Part shown: positions 7,720 to 15,293 of the stretch, one piece after another
Position numbering within the stretch: position 1 is the first letter of the stretch
How the letters are laid out: each line of letters opens with the position of its first letter
Origin: Oligoflexus sp.
Lineage (GTDB): Bacteria > Bdellovibrionota_B > Oligoflexia > Oligoflexales > Oligoflexaceae
DNA length: 28,163 nt
Reading direction: 5' to 3'
NCBI GenBank assembly: GCA_041736305.1
Contig: JBGSTX010000331.1
Coordinates: 1-28,163, forward strand
Program-made: the position numbers and the translations under genes
The notes under the pieces: model-generated
Databases searched by the model: none
Told to the model about the DNA's origin: nothing
What the model saw: the letters and a program-made list of their open reading frames with translations, nothing else

Positions 7720-9734
7720 CTCTTCGCATAGGTGAGAGTCTGTTTCAGAATCTTTCGGTGACCCGCTCCGGTCACCTTTTTGTTTTTCAGGTAGGTTTCA
7801 CAGCTGGTGATCGTTTCTGCCCATAGGCCTGCTTCCACCTGATAGCTCAGGAGGGTGTGCAAGGAGCTTTGACCTTGCTCGGTCTCGGGTGCAGCTTGGA
7901 TGATGAGATCGAAGCGTTTGAGCGCCTCGGGATAATGCCCGAACTCGAAATAGGTCTGAGCTGCCATGAATTGCAGCCCTAGCAGGTCCTCAGTCTCAGG
8001 ATAATTCTTCGCCAGGTAATCGATGCGCTCGAGCAGATCACTCTTCGACTTTCCTAACTGCACGGGTGCTTTGGCTTTGCCTGGCTCGGGCAGTTTCGGT
8101 AGGGGCTGCTTTTGATCGAAGGCCGCGGCGATCATTACCGAGTTATAGCTGGCCTCTTTGCGATACTTACTCTTTTCGTCCTGCGATATGGCTTTCAGCA
8201 GTTCCAATGATTTCGCGGAATCGCCGGTGTGGAAAAAGCTCAGGGCATTGTTGTAGCGAGCCTCCTCTTGAGCGTCGCCGTTTGGATACCATTCGCTGTA
8301 GACCCGATAGAGTTCCTTGCTGCTTGCAAACAGTTCGCGCCGCGTCGGGGCAGTCTTACCGCCTTTGCTAGCGCTAGCAGCCGCAGGAGCATTGGCCTGC
8401 TGCGGGTTAGCTGGGTTTGCCGCTGGAGCTGCCTCGGGAGTGTTTTCGGCTATGCGATAGGTGTATTCCGCGGCATGGGCCAGATGGTTAGAAAGCTGTT
8501 TCTTGATCAGTTCTTGATAAGTAGTGTCGTCCTCATATTCCTCGAACCAAGGATTCTCTTCTTTGAACAAGGCCTGTACATCTCTATAGCTGCTGAGCAA
8601 ACCATCGTAAGCATGGTCGAGGAGTTGGATCTCGCTCAGGTTGAGCAGATAGCGCGGAATTTCACGATTCTCCGGATCGAGGGCTATGAGCTGCTTCAAT
8701 CCAGCCGCTGCTGTCTTGAAATCACCACTGCGGCCGCTGTCGATGGCGAGATAATAGAAGTAGTCGCGGAGAGAGTCCTCGCCGTCGGCTTCGTCCAGGA
8801 TCTTCTCCACTTCAGGCTGCGGGGTACGAACGGCGGCCAGGGTCCAAGCGAGGTCGGTCAACGCCTCTTTCTTTAGATCGAAAACCGGCTCGTAAGCATC
8901 CCATTTATCCATCAATTTAACGCAAAGGCGGAGCGCTGCGATGGCCTTTTTCATGCCCTCCTCTTGCTTGCCTTTGTCTTTCTCGTCTTTACTGCGTACG
9001 AGGTGGAGCCAACCGAGCTTGTAGACGCTGTAGGGACGCAAAGGGTCTTCTTTGAATTCCATAGCTGCTTTGAACGAGGTCTCGGCCTTGTCCCATTCTT
9101 TCTTCTGGAGGTAATATTCGCCTAGAGTATGCTGTACGGAAGCCATAGCTGGCGAGCTAGGGTATTTCTTTTTAAACTGGTCGGCAAAAAGCATGATGTT
9201 AGCGTTCTCGGTTCGCCCCATCAAACGAATGAGCAAGGCGAGGCTGGAGTCGCCTTCGAAATTAGAATTGTTCACCATCGACCGAGACACGTCTAGGGTC
9301 TTGAGCGAGAGGGTTTCCCATTCCGGGCTGCGGACAGGCTTGTTTGCAGTTTCCGCTAAGCGCCACTGGGCAGTCTGGTAATAATAGTCGCGTTGAGCCT
9401 TGAAGTTGAGATAGGTGGCCTGCTGTAGCATGAGTTCGACGCGCTGCTTATCAGCGTGAAAAACCTGCCCTACCGACTGCTGGCTGCGGTCTTCAGCCTC
9501 CAGGACTTTGAGTTTCTCGGCCCGCTCGGCGAACTCTTCGTCGAGGTCTTCGAGATCGTCATCGAGGTCCAGGTTCGAGAGAAAATCCTCGAAGTGGCTA
9601 TACTGGGGTGCTGCCCGATAGACATCGTCCGTCCAGTGGCGAAGATCCGGGCGGTCGACGGCTGGGCTGCCGAAGAACCAAAAACCCGCGAAAAATCGAT
9701 GGAAATTCTGCTTCAAGTGCGTTTTGTTTTGCAT
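7701..9734 (-). CDS. Tetratricopeptide-repeat protein (AgmU/GltD-like pattern)
   Basis: Several TPR units (LGEYYLQKKEWDKAETSFKAA, YSVYKLGW, ARYNNALSFFHTGD, AAQTYFEFGHYPEALKRF); acidic N-terminal stretch and Ala/Pro-rich insert. Confidence 0.75.
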   Translation of the reverse strand: MQNKTHLKQNFHRFFAGFWFFGSPAVDRPDLRHWTDDVYRAAPQYSHFEDFLSNLDLDDDLEDLDEEFAERAEKLKVLEAEDRSQQSVGQVFHADKQRVELMLQQATYLNFKAQRDYYYQTAQWRLAETANKPVRSPEWETLSLKTLDVSRSMVNNSNFEGDSSLALLIRLMGRTENANIMLFADQFKKKYPSSPAMASVQHTLGEYYLQKKEWDKAETSFKAAMEFKEDPLRPYSVYKLGWLHLVRSKDEKDKGKQEEGMKKAIAALRLCVKLMDKWDAYEPVFDLKKEALTDLAWTLAAVRTPQPEVEKILDEADGEDSLRDYFYYLAIDSGRSGDFKTAAAGLKQLIALDPENREIPRYLLNLSEIQLLDHAYDGLLSSYRDVQALFKEENPWFEEYEDDTTYQELIKKQLSNHLAHAAEYTYRIAENTPEAAPAANPANPQQANAPAAASASKGGKTAPTRRELFASSKELYRVYSEWYPNGDAQEEARYNNALSFFHTGDSAKSLELLKAISQDEKSKYRKEASYNSVMIAAAFDQKQPLPKLPEPGKAKAPVQLGKSKSDLLERIDYLAKNYPETEDLLGLQFMAAQTYFEFGHYPEALKRFDLIIQAAPETEQGQSSLHTLLSYQVEAGLWAETITSCETYLKNKKVTGAGHRKILKQTLTYAKSQVTGG

Positions 9735-9827
9735 ACGCGCTCTCTTATGCGGCTCCAGCTGCTGCCTGATCTAGGCTCGTGCTGCGTTATGTCGGGGGAA
9801 CCTCTTCATTGTACCACAGGGCAGCCG

Positions 9828-10574
9828 TCAAAGTTCTGCCAAAAAATCATGGCAATGCTGGCTTAGTTGCGAGGATATCAGCTGCCAAAAAACAGGGACT
9901 TCGGCCCTGAGCAGCAGTGGCTGATAGGAAAGCGGGTGCAGGAGCCTGAGGGCGGCGGCATGGAGCGCGATAGGGCGGAAGCGGGGGTCTAGAGCCTCGG
10001 TAGCGGGGAAGACGGTGGAAGCTCCGTATTCTTTATCGCCGACTATCGGCCAAGACCGCAGCGCTAACTGCCGCCTTATTTGGTGGCGACGTCCGGTTTC
10101 GAGCTTTATGGCCAAGAGGGAGAGTCCTTGGGCATGAGCCAGCAACTTATACTGGAGGGAGCACTCCTGAGCTGTGCCCTCTTCGCCAAGTTTTGGCAGC
10201 ATGTCGACGAGCGAGGCTGAGGCTTCGCGAGGCTGCCCTTCGACTATGGCGAGATAAGTTTTCTCCATACTACGATTCTGGATCTGCTCGCTCAAACGGC
10301 CGGTGATTTTGCTGTTTCGACCGAAAAGCGCTAGACCGGATACGGCGCGATCGAGCCGATGCACGACGCCGAGGTATACGGAGCCTGGCTTCTGCTCTCG
10401 CTCCTTAAGCATGCCTTTCAACTGATCGACTAAAGTCTCAGGTAAACCCTTGGTATGACCGTGGAAGAGTTGGCCTGCCGGCTTATAGGCGGCGATAAAT
10501 GACTTTTCCTCGTGACTCAGGAGGAGAGGCGCCTTCTCATCAATGGCGAGAAAAGTAGACTGTTGAACCGACAC
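9828..10574 (-). CDS. RluA/RluD-family RNA pseudouridine synthase
   Basis: YKPAG, VHRLDRAVSGL (catalytic Asp), KTYLAIV, LETGRRHQIR, PIVGDKEYG, LHAAALRLLHP. Confidence 0.93.
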   Translation of the reverse strand: MSVQQSTFLAIDEKAPLLLSHEEKSFIAAYKPAGQLFHGHTKGLPETLVDQLKGMLKEREQKPGSVYLGVVHRLDRAVSGLALFGRNSKITGRLSEQIQNRSMEKTYLAIVEGQPREASASLVDMLPKLGEEGTAQECSLQYKLLAHAQGLSLLAIKLETGRRHQIRRQLALRSWPIVGDKEYGASTVFPATEALDPRFRPIALHAAALRLLHPLSYQPLLLRAEVPVFWQLISSQLSQHCHDFLAEL

Positions 10575-10682
10575 GGGAGCCTCACTGCGATAGGACTTGG
10601 GAGAGTGCTATAGCACGCTTTTTACAGCTTGCGCGATGCCAGAAAGCTTACTACTTTCGCTGCATCCAAAAGGGGAGGACTT

Positions 10683-11447
10683 ATGAGAAACCTAGTAAAA
10701 ACAGCCATTGCCGTCACTATGCTCACTTGGACAGGGCTTTGTGCTGCCAGCGATGAGGGTCTCCTGGTCTCTGCGGCTATTAGTCTGAAGCCGGCACTTG
10801 AGGAGATCAATGCGGGAATGAAAGGCAGTCCCTTAAACTTCAATTTTGCCTCGTCTGGAGCTTTACAGCAGCAGATAGAACAAGGGGCCCCCGTCGACAT
10901 CTTTATCGCCGCCGGTGAAGAGCCTATGCAGAAGCTCCAGCGAAAAGGGCTCATCGAAGACTCTTCGCTGTTTCAGCTCTTATCCAACACTCTAGTCCTA
11001 GCTGTTCCAGCCAAATCTGCTAGCAAACTTAAAGATCTCGCGGAGCTCAAAAGCCCCGCATACAAAAAAATCGCAATGGGTGAACCGAAAACAGTTCCAG
11101 CTGGGCAGTATGCTCAGGATGCCCTCGCGAAAACAAAACTCGCAGAAGCGCTCGCCCCCAAGATAGTTTTCGGCAACAACGTTAAGCAGGTTCTTACCTA
11201 TGTTGAGACCGGCGATGCAGACGCTGGGTTCGTCTACGCCTCGGACATCAAAAACAATACTAAGGTCTCCCTAGCCTACTCCGTGCCCGCGGACTTTCAC
11301 CGGCCCATCGTCTACCCTGCTGCTCTCGTCAAGAGTTCCAAGCGGCGCAAAGACGCCGAAGCGGCCTTGAAAGAACTCCAGAGCGACAGAAGCCGGGCCA
11401 TTTTTCAAAAATATGGTTTCATAAGCAGCGATAAGCCCACAGGCTGA
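10683..11447 (+). CDS. modA: Molybdate ABC transporter periplasmic binding protein
   Basis: SAAISL, FASSGALQQQIEQGAPVDIF, VPAGQYA, NVKQVLTYVETGDADAGFVY; signal peptide; GGAGG RBS before ATG 10683. Confidence 0.95.
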   Translation: MRNLVKTAIAVTMLTWTGLCAASDEGLLVSAAISLKPALEEINAGMKGSPLNFNFASSGALQQQIEQGAPVDIFIAAGEEPMQKLQRKGLIEDSSLFQLLSNTLVLAVPAKSASKLKDLAELKSPAYKKIAMGEPKTVPAGQYAQDALAKTKLAEALAPKIVFGNNVKQVLTYVETGDADAGFVYASDIKNNTKVSLAYSVPADFHRPIVYPAALVKSSKRRKDAEAALKELQSDRSRAIFQKYGFISSDKPTG

Positions 11448-11448
11448 A

Positions 11449-12120
11449 ATGGATATCGACTATTCTCCGCTGTTCATTTCTTTAAGATCAGCCTTCCTCG
11501 CAACGATTCTCTCAGGAATAGGCGGAGTGGCTGCCGCGCGTGCTCTGGTTTCAGTGGCGCCGCGGCGTCGCTTCATTCTTGAGATCTTCATCCTGATTCC
11601 CCTCGTACTTCCCCCGACGGTGATCGGTTATGGACTTCTCCTCTTCATCGGCCGTCAAGGCCCTGTTGGCAAAATGCTCCTAGCCTTGCACGGCGAAACT
11701 TTAGTTTTCACCTGGTGGGCAGGAGTCTTGGCAGCTACTCTGGTCTCCTTTCCGGTGATCTATATCAGCTCCCGCGCGGCTTTTCAGCAGGTGGACCAAC
11801 ATCTCGTCGACGCAGCCAGAATCTTCGGGGCGGGTCCTTGGCAACGATTCCTCGACATTCTGCTACCTCTCGCACGCCCTGGCTTGATTGCTGGCCTCCT
11901 CATGAGTTTCGCTCGCTCTCTAGGAGAATTCGGAGCGACCCTGATGGTCGCAGGAAATATCCCCGGAAAGACTCAAACCATACCCATGGCGATCTACTTC
12001 GCGGTCGAAGCAGGCGAATCTCACCTGGCCCTATTTTGGTCCAGCGTGGCTATTTCAATGGCGGCTTTGGTGCTGGGTCTCGTACAGATCTTTTCGAAGG
12101 AGGTTCCAGAGCGGGGTTGA
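11449..12120 (+). CDS. modB: Molybdate ABC transporter permease
   Basis: PLVLPPTVIGYGLL, DAARIFGA (EAA loop), FARSLGEFGATLMVAGNIPGKTQTIPMAIY. Confidence 0.96.
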   Translation: MDIDYSPLFISLRSAFLATILSGIGGVAAARALVSVAPRRRFILEIFILIPLVLPPTVIGYGLLLFIGRQGPVGKMLLALHGETLVFTWWAGVLAATLVSFPVIYISSRAAFQQVDQHLVDAARIFGAGPWQRFLDILLPLARPGLIAGLLMSFARSLGEFGATLMVAGNIPGKTQTIPMAIYFAVEAGESHLALFWSSVAISMAALVLGLVQIFSKEVPERG

Positions 12121-12143
12121 GAGTGCCAGGCAAGAAGATCGAA

Positions 12144-12160
12144 GGAGCGTTGAGCGCTCC
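12144..12160. terminator. Possible terminator hairpin between convergent genes
   Basis: GGAGCGT-tga-GCGCTCC; no clear U-tract. Confidence 0.35.
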
Positions 12161-12174
12161 CCTAGTTCCGAATA

Positions 12175-13032
12175 TTATTCCTTGAGGCCGTTATACATAT
12201 GATTGGCAAGAGCCTTGGCGATTTCCATCATAGTCTGCTCCGCCGTCTGCGGGAAACCTTGGTTGGTGAACTTGAATTTCAGGTAGTTAATTACCACTGT
12301 GCCGCCTCGACCATCATTGAAACCATCACCGTCGTTAAACGAGATACTGACGAGACTAGACGCTTTATAAATGTCGCCAGGCGATTCCGTCAGATGCTCG
12401 ATCGCGATCCCGAGCTCTTCGTTTCCCGATAGAACCTGCCAGAGATTGTACTGGGTCTTCCGGACATTGGCGAGGGCCAGAGTCGGCAGAGCCTGGACAG
12501 CGAGCGAGTAATTCATCTCAACCGACCAAAGATGCAGTCCACCTGGCTCAAGAGTCGAATCGGGAAGCTTCTCGGTCGTGACATTGAATTTCACTTTTTC
12601 GCCTTGATGACCCTGAGCAATATAATCATAGAGAGGCCGACCCTTGACGATGAAAGGACGCACAGGCACATGGAAAACCCAACCCAGCATGAAGTCGGCC
12701 CCATCGTCAGCTTCGGTCTGTATCTTCCGCAGGAAACGAACGTCTATCTGCCCAGGGGTACTGGAAAGGGCTTCAGCACGGAGATCTATGAACTCCTGAG
12801 TCGGCTGCTTATTGTTGCAGAGTAGCGCCAGCTCCTCGCTGATATCGCTGCGGACCTTAATTTTGGGAGCATTTTCACAGAAGAGCTTAGGATAATTAAC
12901 ACCTGCCTTACCGACCGGATCAACTACGGCATTGGCCGAAGTTGCCGCTGCACCCATCTTCTTCTTTTCAGAGCAGGCGAGGCCAAGACAGAGCAAACTG
13001 AGCGTGAACAGAGACCGACTGAGCAAATTCAT
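12175..13032 (-). CDS. Lipoprotein of unknown function, paralog 3 of 3
   Basis: Lipobox LGLAC, AGGAG RBS, C-x19-C-NNKQPT motif shared with its neighbours. Confidence 0.8.
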   Translation of the reverse strand: MNLLSRSLFTLSLLCLGLACSEKKKMGAAATSANAVVDPVGKAGVNYPKLFCENAPKIKVRSDISEELALLCNNKQPTQEFIDLRAEALSSTPGQIDVRFLRKIQTEADDGADFMLGWVFHVPVRPFIVKGRPLYDYIAQGHQGEKVKFNVTTEKLPDSTLEPGGLHLWSVEMNYSLAVQALPTLALANVRKTQYNLWQVLSGNEELGIAIEHLTESPGDIYKASSLVSISFNDGDGFNDGRGGTVVINYLKFKFTNQGFPQTAEQTMMEIAKALANHMYNGLKE

Positions 13033-13056
13033 AGCTGCATCTCCTAGAACAATTTA

Positions 13057-13941
13057 TTACTTGGCTTTGGTAAACAAGGGAAACATCACACGCTGCATTT
13101 CTCCGTTCAGAGCGAGCAAGGTGCGCTGAAGGCGAAGCGGATCGATGCGGTTTTTAATGAACATATCATTCAAAAATACCAGATAGGTTTCGTTATTAGC
13201 CGCCTGGAGACCCAGGACGATCCCGCGAAAACCACTGTAGCTCTTACTCTTTTCGACATCGAGCATCTCCTCGAGCGAGATCGTAACATCAGTCCTGGCT
13301 TCATCCAGCAGATAGGTATTGAATTCTGTACGCCGCGTATCGAAGAGGGCGCCGCCTTCCGACTTGCTAAGCGAATAGTTGATAATGATTTCCTCGATAC
13401 TGCGGCGACCCGGAAAGGTTTTCCGCGATTCGACTTTCGCAATCATTTCGGAACGGTTGCTTCGAAGGCCATTAAGGAGGACGTCATGGGCCTTGAGGGC
13501 GAAGAATTGAGCCGGATCTCCCAACGGAGCCTTCATGGCGAATCCAACAATCAGGCGGGTATTGAACATCTCATCGCTCGCGGAACTAATCAGCGTGACC
13601 TTGGCCTCATTCTTACCGTCGTAGGCACTGGCAACCAAATCTTTGAAGCGCTGCGTGGTGCCCTTGTTATCGCAGAGAAGGTGAAACAGATCGAGAAAGT
13701 TCGTCTTTTCAATTTGCCTAATGACGACTTCTCCTTGCTCACACATAAAAGCTTCCTTTTCAGGACCTACGGCGAGACCTTTGGTATTAGGAGATGAGAC
13801 TCCGGAATCTGCTTCTTTGATAGCTGCTTCAGACTTCGCCGCAACACCCATTTCTGGCGTGTTACTCAGCTTTTTCTTTTGGCAGGCAGGAACAATGCTT
13901 AAGATCGAGAGAGCGAAACATATTCTTATTACTGACTGCAT
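13057..13941 (-). CDS. Lipoprotein of unknown function, paralog 2 of 3
   Basis: Lipobox-like IVPAC, GAGGA RBS, C-x22-C-DNKGTT. Confidence 0.8.
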   Translation of the reverse strand: MQSVIRICFALSILSIVPACQKKKLSNTPEMGVAAKSEAAIKEADSGVSSPNTKGLAVGPEKEAFMCEQGEVVIRQIEKTNFLDLFHLLCDNKGTTQRFKDLVASAYDGKNEAKVTLISSASDEMFNTRLIVGFAMKAPLGDPAQFFALKAHDVLLNGLRSNRSEMIAKVESRKTFPGRRSIEEIIINYSLSKSEGGALFDTRRTEFNTYLLDEARTDVTISLEEMLDVEKSKSYSGFRGIVLGLQAANNETYLVFLNDMFIKNRIDPLRLQRTLLALNGEMQRVMFPLFTKAK

Positions 13942-13959
13942 GGTGCTTCCTCAGTCTAA

Positions 13960-14841
13960 TCAGGATTTTTGTTCGTTAAAGAGGGCCAGCATATCGGCTC
14001 TTATGAATTCCATGAAGGCTGCCACCATACGTTCGTGCTGCTCACGGCTGTTCATGACAAAGTGAAGAATCGTCGTGCTGATGGTTTTGCTAGCGTCGGC
14101 CGGATCGGTCAGGAACCCGCGGAAAACCACAGAGCGCTTAAACTGAGTCGATGGCGCGACGAGAGTCCGACCCGCCATAAAAAAGTCGAAGTTGTTGGGA
14201 TGCATCAGGTAGAGTTTGAGCTCGTGCTGCGTGGTATCGTCGAAGCGCCCGGGTACCTGGACAAACTGCTCAACCAGAAAACCCGTATCGCAATCGCCCG
14301 TATTTGCCGGAGGGTCGAGGAACTTAAAGCTCATTTTCATCGGATCTTCGGCATTATTGCCCGAGTCGTAGGGAACGACGGCGTGTTTCTCTTCACCAAG
14401 CAGAGTCTGGACCGACTTCTTGGGAAGGCGCATCGAATAGGCTAAGAGAATTTCGCTGGTCTCTTCATCGATAGGAACTACGCGGATATTAACGGGAGTC
14501 GGAACCCCCACACCTTCAAAAGGCGCCGACCAAAGACTCGCGAGAAGAGGCGTCGGCGCATTACCGTTACAGATGAGCGCGATTTCCTCAGCCATATTCT
14601 GCTTCGAGGTCTTCATGGCGTTTTGGACACCTGCACAGAAATTGGCCCCCGTGAGAGGAAGCGGGTTCCTTGGCGCGGGTGGTATGGTTCCAGAAGGCAG
14701 TTCAGAATATAGACCGGGATATTCCTGGATTCCCGATTCCTCTATATTCTGTGATTTAACGGATGGCGATCCAAAATCTTGCGGCGATGATGGTTGGCAT
14801 GCTGCAAGAAACAGCAGGGCCAAGAGACTCTTTCTAAGCAT
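13960..14841 (-). CDS. Lipoprotein of unknown function, paralog 1 of 3
   Basis: Lipobox FLAAC, C-x21-C-NGNAPT. Confidence 0.8.
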   Translation of the reverse strand: MLRKSLLALLFLAACQPSSPQDFGSPSVKSQNIEESGIQEYPGLYSELPSGTIPPAPRNPLPLTGANFCAGVQNAMKTSKQNMAEEIALICNGNAPTPLLASLWSAPFEGVGVPTPVNIRVVPIDEETSEILLAYSMRLPKKSVQTLLGEEKHAVVPYDSGNNAEDPMKMSFKFLDPPANTGDCDTGFLVEQFVQVPGRFDDTTQHELKLYLMHPNNFDFFMAGRTLVAPSTQFKRSVVFRGFLTDPADASKTISTTILHFVMNSREQHERMVAAFMEFIRADMLALFNEQKS

Positions 14842-14950
14842 ACGAATGTCCTTGCCTTCATTTCGTTAACTTCTTTGCATGTCAGCTTTGGCAATTTCTT
14901 TGCGAAAAGCACTTTATCACGTGGCTCCAAAGCCTTAAGTCACACCAAGC

Positions 14951-14977
14951 ATATCGGTTGCAAAAATTTAAAATTAA
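14951..14977 (-). promoter_or_regulatory. Putative sigma28 (FliA)-like promoter for the lipoprotein operon
   Basis: Minus strand TTAA-N15-ACCGATAT versus consensus TAAA-N15-GCCGATAA. Confidence 0.45.
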
Positions 14978-15293
14978 GTATCGTACAAAAATAAATTTAG
15001 CTTTTATTTAATACAGCAAATCTTACTTAAGTTAAGTAGCGTCTGTCTGGGAATGATCTTCGATTCTGGCGATTTGATATCTCGCGGCAACTATCGAGCT
15101 TTTCAGGGTCGGGCTCTAGGCTCAATGTCGATCGGTATAAAATGAAGCCCAAGGAAACATTTCTAAATCTATACAAGATCAACGATAGTTCACGCTTTTT
15201 GTCTTAGCACAACTGCTGGCTAGATTCAGATCTGATCTAAAGCTGCCGAAATACCGACAACGGTCTGACTCTTGTAACACTGAAGGATTTCGG

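Noticed and set aside
10605-10616. GTGCTATAGCAC palindrome upstream of modA as a ModE box
   Set aside because: It does not match the TATATA-N6/7-TATATA ModE consensus; it may simply be overlapping divergent -10 elements.
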